DNA of 64,000 bases from Octopus sinensis. Lineage: Eukaryota. The stretch's first letter is position 1; each line of letters opens with the position of its first letter. Where the stretch lies: positions 1,488,001-1,552,000 of the forward strand of contig NC_043008.1 in assembly GCF_006345805.1 (NCBI RefSeq), given 5' to 3'. Under the pieces are notes generated by a model. The model saw only the letters and a list, made by a program, of their open reading frames with translations. It was not told where the DNA came from and searched no databases. Shown piece by piece: positions 40,926 through 54,827 of the stretch. A program made the position numbers and the translations under genes.

Positions 40926-41230
40926 CGGGAAGCTTTATGAAAATAGACAAAAGACGAAGGCAGGTTTACGGAAAATAAACAAAAGACGAAGGCACGTGGA
41001 ATACAAACAAATAATTGTATTAGTATGGCGCTCAGGAAATATAAATAAAACAAGTCTTTAACATTTCGAGCCTACGCTCTTCAACAGAAAGATACACAGA
41101 GAAAAAACACAGAAAGAAGGAGAGAAAAAAAAAATTTCGTGCAGAAGCTAGCGAATCAACATGGCGATCTGATTTCGGCCAGAAGTCAAAGATCAAACAT
41201 GAGACGCAAGAGCGAAATTAGGGGAGAAAA
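40925..41230 (-). mobile_element. Family B Penelope-like short element between (AT)n tracts
   Basis: Contains the hammerhead-like motif at 41055-41092; about 130 nt tail ending in (AT)n; related copies at 10590 and 45615. Confidence 0.7.
41055..41092 (-). ncRNA. Minimal type I hammerhead ribozyme-like motif (family B)
   Basis: Minus strand TCTTT-CTGTTGA-A-GAGC-GTAG-GCTC-GAAA-TG-T-T-AAAGA: 5-bp helix I and 4-bp helix II are perfect; core has U at position 6. Confidence 0.55.
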
Positions 41231-41249
41231 TATATATATATATATATAT

Positions 41250-41300
<51 letters not shown>

Positions 41301-41301
41301 A

Positions 41302-41343
<42 letters not shown>

Positions 41344-41372
41344 CATACACACACATATATATATATACATAC

Positions 41373-41407
<35 letters not shown>

Positions 41408-41436
41408 CATACACACACATATATATATATACATAC

Positions 41437-41477
<41 letters not shown>

Positions 41478-41484
41478 CATACAC

Positions 41485-41515
<31 letters not shown>

Positions 41516-41525
41516 ATATATATAT
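41230..41525. repeat. (AT)n complex with a repeated TTTACATACACA unit
   Basis: Three units near 41340, 41404 and 41474. Confidence 0.9.
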
Positions 41526-42074
41526 ATCCACCCACAAACACACGATCGCATACACACGCACGCACACTCACACACCTACACGCACACACACTACAGGAGA
41601 GGAATACATGAAGAGACCCCTGTCTGCGCATGTTACCTTCCTCCTTCCCCCACTCATCTGCGCAACGAACATTTTCATACCTCACCTTATATCAGTTACT
41701 GAAAATATAGAAATACAGAGTAAAACTCTACCTTCGTTTCGTTTTGTCTCCTTTCTTGCTTTATATCTTGTCTCATTTTTCCGGCATTGCTCAACAAATC
41801 TCTTTAAAATAAAATATATATTACGACGGAAGTAGTCTTCCAAAAAACGTTTCATACATTTAAATTTCGCTCGAATATTATGACTGATGTAAAATTCTAT
41901 AACTTACAAAGCAAATGATATACGCATCTACTGGTTAAGCGTTTGCCTGGAAGGAACATCATAAGTGGTGGCAAGAATAAAAGCCGTACTTACCCAATAT
42001 CAACAGAAGTTGCAGTTTTTAAAGCTTCATAATGGAAAACGCAAAAAAGGAGTACAAACTAGTCGTAGAAATAT

Positions 42075-42467
42075 CCTTTTGTTCTCTAGGTACAAGGACG
42101 GATTTTTTTTTTTGGAGTGGGTGGGGGGCAATCGATTATATTGACTCCAGTATGCAACTGGTACTTAATTTGTCGATCCCGAAAGGATGAAAGGTAAATT
42201 CTACCTCGGCAGTATTTGAACTTAGAACGTAAGGGCAGGCGAAATACCTATTTCTTTACTACCCACAAGAGGCTAAACATAGAGTGGACAAACAAGGACA
42301 GTCTAACGGATTAAGTCGATTACATGGACCCCAGTGCGTAACTGGTACTTAATTTATTGACGGCAAAGTCGACCCCGGCGGAATTCGAACTCACAACGTA
42401 ACGGCAGAGGAAATACCGCTTAGCATTTCGCCCGCCGTGCTAAAGTTTCTGCCAGCTCGCTGCCTTA
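42075..42467 (-). mobile_element. Dimeric or nested Meta-domain SINEs
   Basis: Headless older copy at 42075-42248 joined at GAAATACC|TATTTCTTT to a complete copy at 42249-42467. Confidence 0.85.
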
Positions 42468-42889
42468 AGTCCCAGAAATATTGGCTGTGCTTGGCTCTCA
42501 TGTCGTTCTTCATACATAATATCTATCAAGAAAGAAGAGCGTCCATAACAGCATCGACTTTTTCAGTTCGTTGATGGCTTTCCGCAAACATCATAGATAT
42601 CTCTAGTAAATCCTTATTGAAACATATATGATAAAGGGACTGTCACATATTTAATCAATATCCATTGAAAAAGTTAAAAGAATGCATTCATTCGAAAATG
42701 TTTCTCCCGCTAATATTGTTGTCACATTTACACTTATTATCCATCTTTTTTTTCCTTATTTCTTTCCTTCTATAGTTTTCAGATCCGCGTTTTTGTTATT
42801 CTTTTCATTATTTTCTTCTGCATTTTAATTTATTTCTCTTCTTTTTCCCCTTTCCTTCTTCTCCTATTTAAACTACTTCTCTTCCTCCA

Positions 42890-42938
42890 AGAACAACAAC
42901 AGCAACAACAACTACTACTGCTACTACTACTACTACTA

Positions 42939-42983
<45 letters not shown>

Positions 42984-43100
42984 GGTTGGTACTACTGCTA
43001 CTGTCACAGCTGGTACAACTGCTACTATTACTGCTGCTGCTGGCTTTAGTACTACTACTATAACTACTACTACTACCACTATTGCAGCGGCTGTCTCTAG
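42890..43100. repeat. (AAC)n/(ACT)n microsatellite
   Basis: Directly visible. Confidence 0.9.
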
Positions 43101-43714
43101 TATTACTACTAGTATTACTAACTCGGTAACCGTGGATGATATCGTCAGCGATGTCCAATTTTTGCAGACACTTCTACTTTTCGCATTGGTCGCAATTCTT
43201 GACAGAGAAAGCAACATTCTTTAAATCAAACACCGAAGAATCTCAATCACAGATAGTTACATAACATTGTATAATTGCAGTCGATGACGCCATAACAACA
43301 GTATTTATATATAAATACATACATAATGCATACATTGAGGAGGTGTGGGAAATGAAAATAGATTTATGTAACAACATTATTTCCAAGTGATTATCATCAT
43401 TACAAAATTATTTCATGTAATATTAATTTCTGTATGTAAGGAAATACTCGTACATGCTTGCATTAGTTTGTGTACTCAACATTGTACAATACAATTGTAT
43501 ATTCACAAATTAATGCAAATAGAGAAAGTTTGCTCAACAGATCACCCGAACATCGTGGTTGCATCAGTGGTTCAACATTAAGTCGCCTGTCAGTTGTTTC
43601 CGTTCAAGGAGCTTACTGAGATAGACATAATTCACTCCCCACGTTTAAATACTAACGTGTGTAGGAAAGTTTACATACATACACACACACACACAGACAC
43701 ACACATACACAAAT

Positions 43715-43905
43715 ATAGGTGCAGGAGCGGCTGTGTTGTAAGTAGTTCGCTTCGCAACCGGGATCAGTTCCACTGCATGACACCTTGGGCCGGTTCTAGG
43801 TTCAGTCCCAGAGTGACAGCTTGGGCAAGTGTCTTCTACTATGGCTCGGCCCGACCAAAGCCTTGTGAGTGGATTTAAGAGGCGGAATCTGGAAGAAGCC
43901 CCTCG

Positions 43906-43965
<60 letters not shown>

Positions 43966-44211
43966 ATGTGTGTTAATATGTGTGACATTGTGTGTGTGCG
44001 ATTGTATCTGTTTATACAACCATCACTGATTGACAACCGGTATTAGTTTGTTTACGTCCTCATAAATTTGCGGTTCGGCATAAGTAATGGATAAAATAAG
44101 TACCAGGCTTGATACATAAAAAAGTACTGGGGGTGATTCATTCGACTAAAGATATTTTTCAAGGTGGTGCTCCAGCATGGCTGCAGTCTAGTTACTAAAA
44201 CAAAGCAATAA
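43715..44211 (+). mobile_element. Composite tRNA/CORE SINE with internal (AT)n(GT)n, full length
   Basis: Head AGGTGCAGGAGCGGCTGTG...GGTTCAGTCCC, CORE-like CTTGGGCAAGTGTCTTCTACTAT, microsatellite at 43905-43965, tail GGTGGTGCTCCAGCATGGCTGCAGTC. Confidence 0.88.
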
Positions 44212-44932
44212 GCCATACACACACACACACACGCGCGCGCAAACACACACACACATATGTAAGTATGTGTGTGTGATTGTGTCTGTAGGTATATGTGTAT
44301 GTGTGATTGTGTGAATGTATACAAATTCGCACACATATATACCTGTATATGCAATTATATATATAGTGAGCATTTGACATTCGAGAATATAAAACTACTA
44401 CAAATATAAACACTAAGCCATTGTAATTTTCTTTTCCTAAACCATTCTCCGATACGACAGCAAATAAATATACCTGAAATATATATAAACATCTAAACTG
44501 ATAGCATTTGAATAAAAAATAATCTAGCTGTCTCTAAAACGTATTTAATTCGGATAAAAGATAGAAATGAATTATCACTATTGTTACTATTGGAAGACGT
44601 TATATTTTAGCGCTCATTTTTATTGTTTTTTTCTTCTTTTTCTTTCTTTCTAATGCAAGAGTATAAAATATCATTTTCGGAACACTAGACATCTCTCCAC
44701 TTTGAATCGAATCTATGTTGATACATGGAAAATGTTGTTAATGGAATGTTTTATTTAAAATCTTCCATTGAACAACCTTGATGTAATCTCGGCTGCTATA
44801 ATTTTGTCTATTGCTCACTCTCCACGTCAGTATATTTATACATATATGTATATGTGTGTGTGTGCATGTTTATGTATATATATGAAGATACGTGTATGTT
44901 TGTGTGTGTCTATTGCTCACGCTCCACGTCAG

Positions 44933-44987
<55 letters not shown>

Positions 44988-45614
44988 ATGTATATATATA
45001 TGAGGGCATATGTGTGTTTGTGTATGTGTGTGCGTTTGGGCGTGTGTTTGTGTGCATGTATATAGATACGCATGCACACACACACACGCACACCGTCAGT
45101 ATTCAGCTATTAAACAGATTCTAAACGTTATAGTCACTTTATTGCTGTGATGTGAATTTACATTTTATTTGTAAATGTTCAAAGAAGCTTGTAAATGATA
45201 TCACATTCAAATAGAAATCTCTCTGTAGATTTTATCAGATATTCATTGAAATTATAATTTGCGTTCAAACACATTCAAATTTTTTTTAGTCTTTTGGGTT
45301 TTTTTTTTTTTGCAATCCATTCCAATCAAAGAATCTCAAAACGGAAAATACAATTCAGGTAAGGTTGGGAAAAATCCAAGATACTTTCCCAAATATTTAA
45401 ACATCTCGACATAAAAGTAAAAAGAAGAAAAAGGTGAGTGAATTTGCACATTTTCAGCAGTTCTGTGATTATTGTTTAAACATTCTTTGTATTTGCATAA
45501 ATATATACAAATATCTCTAAACACATAAAGAAACACCCCCACTGGCATACAGCTACTCGCTAATGTATACACACACACAGTCACTCAAACAGACACACAC
45601 TGTTTTCTTCTCAA

Positions 45615-45725
45615 TAATTTCTAGCGAAGAGCGAAGGTTCGAAACATCAAGCACTTTTCCATTTTGCCCCAGCGTGAAACTAATACACCTGCTTATATCT
45701 CTTTCACCCGTCTTCGTTTAATTAT
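45615..45725 (+). mobile_element. Old family B-related fragment with a decayed hammerhead-like motif
   Basis: TTT-CTAGCGA-A-GAGC-GAAG-GTTC-GAAA-CA-T-C-AAG, then CCCCAGCGTGAAACTAATAC, similar to the 41000-41092 reverse complement. Confidence 0.6.
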
Positions 45726-46439
45726 TGTTGTGTCGACGCCCCCAGACGATGAAGTAGACTAGCTCAATACGTAGATATAGAGGGAGAAGTCTAGACGTCG
45801 TGAAGTAGCAGTTGTAGTAGACTAGAACAGAGTAGCAGAGTAGTAGTCAGAGTAGTAGTAGAGCAGAGTAGTAGAGTTGAGTAGCAGAGGCATCCGAACG
45901 TGCCACATAACACTTATACATTCTGTAAATTTGAAACATATATATGTATATATATATATATCGTTGCACATGCGTGACAATCGTCCATCTTTCTGTCTCT
46001 CACGTGACCGTCTTTCTTTCCTGCACAACTTTGTAAGGACTGGGCGTCTCCTACGTCTCTCTCTCTTCTATCTTTTCTCATTTCAAAGAAAGTATTTCTC
46101 ACAGCGTTCACTATTTTCCCCTCGTTCAAGTCTAACGGCCATCCAAGTTTTGTTTTTGTTCGGTTTCCTAGTATATCGCCACGGTCCTGTTTTTGTTCCT
46201 AACTTTGACCCTATCTAAGTCCCAAATCCTAGTTTAGTAATTATCGGAGCAACTGTTGTCGAAGACTCATATTTTTGTTCATTGCTCGAAATGGGGAGGA
46301 GCTAGGAAGCCGACAAGTTATAAAGCTCCATTCTTTGTATTACTTATCCTTTTTTTTTCTCGTTTTTTGCGTATTTAACTCAGCTGTTTCCGTAGTTCAT
46401 GTTGTTTATTGTTGGTGACGCCCTGTACCCATATATGAC

Positions 46440-46494
46440 TATACGCACACGCACACACACACACACACACACACATGTATATATATAATATATA

Positions 46495-46554
<60 letters not shown>

Positions 46555-46684
46555 TATATATATACATATATATATTTGTAAAATAATATGTCACAATTAT
46601 TCGGTAGACAAGATAAAAGTCGGATGCCGAGGTGGAAATCCACAACAACATCTCTTCGGTTATCTGGCAATCTTCATATATGTA

Positions 46685-46775
<91 letters not shown>
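46440..46775. repeat. (CA)/(AT)/(GT) microsatellites around a ~100 bp unique insert
   Basis: Directly visible. Confidence 0.9.
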
Positions 46776-48438
46776 ATAAAATCATTTCTTCTATTGATTT
46801 TTGTTTCGATTGTAGAATACTTATTTTCTCTTTCACAGAGACTTCATCTGAGCATATTACTAGATTCTCCGACCGTTTCGCTAGCTTTTGTTGGATTGTC
46901 TCTTAAAACTTTGAATAACATACATTTGTTGTGAATCGAGATGTTCGCGATTCTACCAAATTAAAGCGCCTAAATTATGGGTTAATTTGCAACTTACACA
47001 TTTATTTCGGTAATCAATTAGCTGTCAATAAATCATAACCTATAGAATCTACAGAACTATAAATGATATCACATCCGATACCATTTCCTGTTTTCCAAAG
47101 AACAGTAACATTAGATTTAGCAAAAACTCCAATACCATTGAAGTTTCCTAGTCAATTAAAAGCTCACTTATGTAAGATATTCCCGTGAATCTAGACAGAA
47201 ATTATCCATAATTGCTCCTAGAATGTGACTATAAATAGCAACGATTTATGTTTTTCCGGATCAGATATTTTTATCCTTATTTCACCGATAAACGAGTTAC
47301 TTATTAGAATATATATATATATAGCGCTTAGAAAATGATCGTGTGACGGCGTAGAAATATTTTTAATAACGCACAAACGAACGGTGAATTAGAAGTAAGA
47401 TTCCATTATAAATATGACATTTCAAACTCAATGCCGTTCTCTATCATTTCGCTTTCAACCGTATGACATTACATTCGCTAAAAGAATCTTTACCAAAGTA
47501 TGACAATGAACTGACATTTTTTTATATTGGCTTTCAATGGAGATTATACATAGATCATAGGCTTTCCTTGACAACGGTGAACTCGGTTCTTTAATGTTCA
47601 CATTAAAAGGTGAAAAATCTATTTCAGTACCTTAAGAGAGATGCAAGAAAAACCAAAGCCGCGGGTACCGCCTCCTCAACACAAAGAATGATGTGGTGAA
47701 CTGATTTCAAAGCAACATGGGCAAAGATCACGTTCCTGTTTTTCGCTAGTCAAAGAGGCCGGTGGAATGAATGCCACTAATGACCATCTTCAAACGTTCC
47801 AACGATGTGATTCTCTCCCAGAAGAAAAAAAAGGAATGGATAGGGATGGAAGTGAAAGATGCTCGGCGTGCTGGGCGGGAATTTTAGGGTGTAACTTTGA
47901 ATGCGGTATCTTGTTCGATAAAAATGTTGTAGGTGTTGATATACCACGAAGTAAGGTGAGTCGAATATATTAGGATTACCATACAACATTGATAGTCCTA
48001 GTAAAGGACGTCGCTCTATCAATTGTAAAGGACGCAGACTCTAGATGGTACACTTTATGGCAATCAATTGTTACCACTATCATTGTGATTACAATCGAGT
48101 GAATTTCTAATGGATAAATATTCACTAAGGGAAATGATGGTTCCGTATCAATCAAGTAGTTAATAGTTAAAACAATTTCTCAGCCAGAAGATATCTCTCA
48201 TGCATGTGGATTAATTACTCTAAATTAATATTCTGAATAGATATATGAGCATTGTAATTCAGTTACAAGAATGGGATGTGCAAGATATATTGGTGCATAT
48301 AAATGCGTAAGCGTGTATGCAAATGCCTCACCACCATCTAATCATTATCTATAGCACACTAAGTAACCATGTATGCTTCTCGCATTTTCACTGTGTGTGT
48401 GTGTGTGTATAAATATGCAATTATTTATAAAGATATAA

Positions 48439-48474
<36 letters not shown>

Positions 48475-48505
48475 ATGTGTGCGTGTGTGTGTGTATATAT
48501 ATACA

Positions 48506-48545
<40 letters not shown>

Positions 48546-48548
48546 TAG

Positions 48549-48676
<128 letters not shown>

Positions 48677-49640
48677 GAGATGGATAGATAGAGAAAAGAT
48701 CAATATTTAAATATGAATATAGAGATATTTATATTGATAGATCCAACTAACACAGAGTGCAAACGGTAGAGAGAAATGAAAGGGAGAAAGAAAGGTGTCA
48801 TAATTCCAACAGCTGTTTCTGGAGGCTCAGGGCTACATCAAAATGTTGGAAGATGTATGTCATCTCAATATGCAGCCGCAGTGGAAGCAAGCCACATTGG
48901 TTAAATCGAATCAACAACATCAGGGAGGAAAAGATCTTCGAGTTCATGTCATAATGTCTTTCCGACTAGAAATTCTATGCATTACGCAATGTTTTAACTG
49001 TAAACATGTTTTATATTTCATACCCCAACTAATATATTTAGCATATCTAATTTGTTTATCAACGGTATTTCCTCCATATATTCTCATCTTGCGTGTGTGT
49101 AGTTTTGTGTTGTGTATGCGTGTGTGTGCGTGTGTGTGTGTGTGTGTATGTATGTATATGGATATATGTACGTATGTATGTGTGTATGTATGTTTGTGTC
49201 TGCATGTGTGTGAGTGTACACTTACCGCCTCCTAGCTTGACATATCTAAATCTGTTACATTTGATATTACATGTGGATTATAACCTGCATTGTATGGAAG
49301 AAAGGGTGAAACATATTTTAAGCGATGCCTAATCAACGACAACCAACACGATCATTTATAGCAGCGAATATTCATGGCTTAGCGAAGTAATTCCAAGTTA
49401 CCACATAGATATGATCGACACACTATGTTTGTTGCTTTTATGTTCCCCAACATATTAGAAGCACATTAATGCCATACGCAATTGCCGTATAAATTCTCAA
49501 AGAGAATGAAACTGAAGCAATATAAATATATATTTTAATCAGACAAATTCTCTACTAAAGAAAACCTCACCGCCATTATATTTATAGGAATAAATTTTCC
49601 TGCGTCAACAGTAATATTAGTAGTCCGATTAATTTTTTTT

Positions 49641-49861
49641 TATTCTTTTATAAGTTTCAGACATTTGATTATAGCCATGCTAGTGCACAATGTATAGTCG
49701 AACAACTCCAACCTAGGATTTTTGTTCTCTGTAAGCTTACTACTTATTCTATCAACCTCTTCAGTCGAACTGCTAAGTTACTGTGACGTAAACACACCAA
49801 ACATCAGTTGTCAAGTGATAGAGGGGTGTAAACAAAGACACACAAATACATATACATATAT

Positions 49862-49902
<41 letters not shown>

Positions 49903-50052
49903 GGTCGTCTTTTCAGTTTCCGTCTACCAAATTCCTTCACAAGTCTTTGGTCGGCCCGAGGCTATAGTAGAAGACACTTGCCCAAGGAACCTCGTAGTGG
50001 ACTGAACCCGGAACCATGTGGTTGGGAAACAAGCTTCTTACCACTCAGCCAC
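49641..50052 (-). mobile_element. Composite tRNA/CORE SINE with internal microsatellite, full length
   Basis: Colinear with the reverse complement of 43715-44211. Confidence 0.88.
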
Positions 50053-50721
50053 TTTGAAACTTGTCGTTTCTTTTAACCAAACCAGGTTGTAAGCAGCGAT
50101 GTTATTCGAAACTTGTATTTAGTAAAATTGCCTTACAAAACGGAACCCGCTACAGAGAAAACAACAAAATTTGTCCTCATTTTGATAAAAACTCTACACT
50201 TTGCATTTTGAATATGAAAGGTAGATGTTCAATAAGCGAGTTATAACTTTGAACCTTGTACTCCCCGCCCCCGTAAATGAATATTTTCGAAATAACCTTC
50301 CTTGATTCCCTTTTGGGAGAAATTCTACATTACGCATAGCATATATCCCCTCATTTCTTTCTTTTTTTTTATTTTTGGGGAATTTAATTTCAGAAACATT
50401 TTGTGGATTTGTATTCTACAAAAGGGGTCCCATACGACTATACGACTATAAAATAAAACACTATCGTGACATACGACTCAAATTAACATAGACATGTATA
50501 GTAATATGTAATATATAATAAATAAAATTATTATCATGAAAAAATGAGTATAAATAAAGAAACTTTTTTTTATAGTTTTCGAAATTTGTTAAAAACTTTT
50601 ATTTTATAATTTCCGAATTAACGTTTTTTTGTATTTTTTATAATCACAGTTTAAATTATGCCCAGTCCGAAGTTTGGGCTTCCATCTCAGAAATAAACCA
50701 TTAAGTATGTTTATTACCCTC

Positions 50722-50957
50722 TTCTCTTTTATTCATTTACTTGTTTCAGTCATTTGAGTGCGGCCATGCTGGAGCACAGCCTTTTGTCGAGCAAATCGAC
50801 CCCATGACTTATTCTTTGTAAGCCTAGTACTTATTCTATCGGTCTCTTTTGCAGAACTGCTAAGTTACGGGAACGTAAACACACCAGCATCGGTTGTCAA
50901 GCGATGTGAGGGGCACAAACACACGCACACACATACACAAACACACACACACACACA

Positions 50958-50960
<3 letters not shown>
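50722..50960 (-). mobile_element. 3' half of the composite SINE
   Basis: TTTACTTGTTTCAGTCATTTGAGTGCGGCCATGCTGGAGCAC...GACCCCATGACTTATTCTTTGTAAGCC, near-identical to 51020-51230. Confidence 0.9.
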
Positions 50961-51019
<59 letters not shown>

Positions 51020-51426
51020 CTCTCTTTTACTCTTTTACTTGTTTCAGTCATTTGACTGCGGCCATGCTGGAGTACAGCCTTTAGTCGAGCAAATCGACCC
51101 GGGACTTATTCTTTGTAAGCCGAGTACTTATTCTATCGGTCTCTTTTGCCGGTACTTATTCTATCAGACGTAAACACACCAGCACCGGTTGTCAAGCAAT
51201 TCTAGGGGAACAAGCACAGACACACAAACATACACACAAATACATATATATATACATATATACGACAGGCTTCTTTCAGTTTCCGTCTACCAAATCCACT
51301 CACAAGGCATCGGTCGGCCCGAGGCTATAGCAGAAGACAGTTGCCGAAGATGCCACGCAGTGGGACTGAACCTGGAACCATGTGGTTGGTAAGCTAGCTA
51401 CTTACCACACAGCCACTCCTGCACCT
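51020..51426 (-). mobile_element. Composite tRNA/CORE SINE, full length and young
   Basis: Reverse complement head GGTGCAGGAGTGGCTGTGTGGTAAG...CCAGGTTCAGTCCCA; short internal AC/AT tract; well-preserved tail. Confidence 0.92.
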
Positions 51427-51969
51427 TATGGGGAGTAAAATATTGAAATAAACATCAACACGTCAGAAGGACAAAGAAAGGAGGGCGGTTGTGCGATCTG
51501 CTAAGAAACGGCTATATATCAATTAGAACAAACAAATACTCCATGAAAATTCCTGAAAATTCTGAAACACAAAAAAGGCATCGATGTAGAATTCCACCCT
51601 CTCCTTCTCTAGGCCCTTTTAAAATATAGCCACATAAAAAAAGTGTCTAAAACGCGTCCCACGGTATAGTTTAACCGTGCCTTTTACTCCGATACTGGAC
51701 AGATCCATAATGGTGCTGCGCTGAAGAAAAATTACTTCTTTATCACCGTAACTGCGCCCTGTTTATCCCCCACTTAAACATATCTTATGACAAGAAAGAT
51801 AAATCAAACTTTCAGAGTTTGTCATACAGAGCAGCCCTATAATCATAAGTGGCATATGCCTACAGTCATAGAAAAACACGGATAAAAGCACAAAGCGTGT
51901 GTGTACATATGTAAAAACCGCCACCCACATATGTATCTCTATGGTTGCACTTTCTCATAAATTATATCT

Positions 51970-52004
51970 ACCTATATATATATATATATATATATATAAA
52001 TATA

Positions 52005-52035
<31 letters not shown>

Positions 52036-52210
52036 AGAGAGTGAGACAGAGGTATGTATAGGCATGTATATATGCATTTATGTATATATGTGTATAGAAA
52101 TAAATGTATATATATATATAAATATAATAAATATATATATATATAGATAGATACAAACATATAATAACATGCATATAGATATATGCACATATACATGTAT
52201 AAATATATAA

Positions 52211-52274
<64 letters not shown>

Positions 52275-52326
52275 ATGTATATATATATATAATATATATA
52301 TACATGCACATATATATGTATACATA

Positions 52327-52369
<43 letters not shown>

Positions 52370-52380
52370 ATATATATATA

Positions 52381-52420
<40 letters not shown>
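51970..52420. repeat. (AT)n/(GT)n complex
   Basis: Directly visible. Confidence 0.95.
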
Positions 52421-52423
<3 letters not shown>

Positions 52424-52738
52424 TACACATAGAAATGCATTAAACATTAAACAGAAAATAATTGATACTAAAGTGTCTACAATACGTCTGAACAGGAAGT
52501 CGTATATGATTCTCTAAAATGTTGAAATACATTCTAGATAAACTGATAAATAAAAAAAAGTGCTTTTGATAGATGTTTTTGTATTATTGTCTCTGCTGGA
52601 ACATAGATATATTATATAGAATTTTAAAGCTCTGATAATTCATCTGTAAACTTATTTACAATTGATAATAATAAAATGTATTCATCTAAGAGCATATAAG
52701 CCATACAACCAGGTACAACGAAATCGAACACAATCATT

Positions 52739-52776
<38 letters not shown>

Positions 52777-54282
52777 GTGTACTTTCATCACATTCCATGC
52801 GTATAGAATAAAGATATTTCCCACTCAGGTTTGTGAAAAGAAATGCAGTGAATACAGTACTAAAGTGTATAGAATTTTCCTTATATTATGCTAGATTTTC
52901 ATTTCGCATAGCTTTCACATTTTTTCACGATCACATGTACGTCAACTCATGATATGTGTAGTACGTGTGCGTGTGTGTCTGTGTCTGTGTGTGTGCGTGT
53001 GTTTGTGTGTATGTGTGTGTGTGTGTCTGTCTCTGTTTATGCGTGTGTATGTATGTGCCATTGTGTATGTGTGTTTGAGTGTGCGCGACGAATTGTGTAA
53101 GTGAGTGAGAAATCTGTGGATCTCAGATTCTATGTTTTCTCTGTACAGCATTCTAACCGAACCAGTTTATTATACTCCAGTAATGGATTCTAGACCAATA
53201 TTCTAGCTCTTCTGATGAAGGAATGGTAATATATTGAAATAGAAGGATAAAAAAAAAATCTGCGCATGTAGGCACACACTCACACATGTATTTATCATTC
53301 TACTGTTCCTCTATGTATGTTTGTATATATATATATGTATATATATATATAACGATACACGCATTTACACACACATAGACTCACACAGACACACACACTC
53401 ACATGTATACAGATGTTTACATATATAAACATCGACGCATAAACTCACATATATCTCCTTCCTTATGCCTACTTTTAACTACAGAACGCAGTCTAACTTT
53501 CTGATACTAATTTTAAATGTGCAATGAAGGTCATCCTTTTCCCAATAAGATATATTAAAATCCAACAGACTTTTTCAGCTCATATCATGTGAATACGTAA
53601 TGTAATATGTTATCAAGCCGGTCATTTCTCGTCTATAACAACCAAAGATTAAACAGTGTTCAATAATGTATTTCTCCCTGATTTTCGCAGATATACCCAC
53701 ATATTGGAATTTGCTGGAATGTCTTATCAGAATGTCTTAGATATATAAATTTTCCTTTCCTTCGTAACTAAATATGAATGTAGTGTTATTTTTAAGCTTC
53801 TTGTGAAGTTTCTCGGGAAATGTGCGTAACTAATTCGGAAAACAATTATTTGTGATTTCCTTACGTAATAATTTCAGATAACACAAGCCAGACATAATAA
53901 ATCAATAAAATGAAAACGGACATGACATCAAGAGAGTTGGATCAACTGGAAATAAAGGTATATCCAATATGAATATAATATATTGCGGAAATTATATTCA
54001 GATCTGACAAAGTATTACGGAAATATACTTAGAATCCACATCATTATTGCACAGAAGAAAGTATTATTATGTATAAGTGGATATCATTTCCTATTTCCAA
54101 GTTAAATGTACAAATATAGAGACCTGATTAGGTTTTGTTTATGATTCTTTTAAAATAGTGATTTGTAGCGTAGTTCTCAAGTAATCACCAGTTAAAAAGA
54201 CATATATTTAATACGTTTATAATACATTCGGTAGTTTTCGATTTCCCAGTCATATCTATCGCTGTATCTACCTCCTTGTCAG

Positions 54283-54366
<84 letters not shown>

Positions 54367-54565
54367 CCTATTTATATATCTATTTACCTATCTACCTGTC
54401 TATTTGTCTGTCTGTCTGTCTGTCTATCTATCTGTCAACCTATTTATCAATGTGTGAGTGTGTATTCGATGTGCATCGAAGAAAGTCGTAAATATATGTG
54501 TATGTATGTGCTTCTGCATGGCCGCAGTCAAACAACTGAAACGAGTAAACCAATATAAGGATATA

Positions 54566-54603
<38 letters not shown>

Positions 54604-54605
54604 TA

Positions 54606-54650
<45 letters not shown>

Positions 54651-54667
54651 TAGAGAGATAGATAGAG

Positions 54668-54701
<34 letters not shown>

Positions 54702-54796
54702 TGAGAGAGGGAGAGATAGACAGACTCCTACATGCGTATATGTGTGTACATACACACACATATATATATATATATATATTCATACACATACATACA

Positions 54797-54825
<29 letters not shown>
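54283..54825. repeat. (CTAT)n, (AT)n, (AG)n, (GATA)n and (CATA)n compound microsatellite with a SINE tail remnant at 54505-54552
   Basis: Repeats directly visible; GCATGGCCGCAGTCAAACAACTGAAACGAGTAAA matches the composite SINE tail. Confidence 0.9.

Positions 54826-54827
<2 letters not shown>

Noticed and set aside
46575-46680. Unique insert between AT tracts starting TGAAGATTGCC on the minus strand
   Set aside because: No GAAA, no helix II and no second copy in the window.
47690-47990. Possible L1/Tx1-like remnant (KEAGGM)
   Set aside because: One weak motif across frameshifts; cannot be supported without a profile search.
48810-48960. GYIKMLEDV resembling a Tc1/mariner catalytic region, or an exon
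   Set aside because: Flanks do not continue the alignment and there is no clear donor site.
53205-53250. CTGATGA-A...GAAA hammerhead-like string
   Set aside because: Helix II does not pair and no U-H follows; at most a very old relic.
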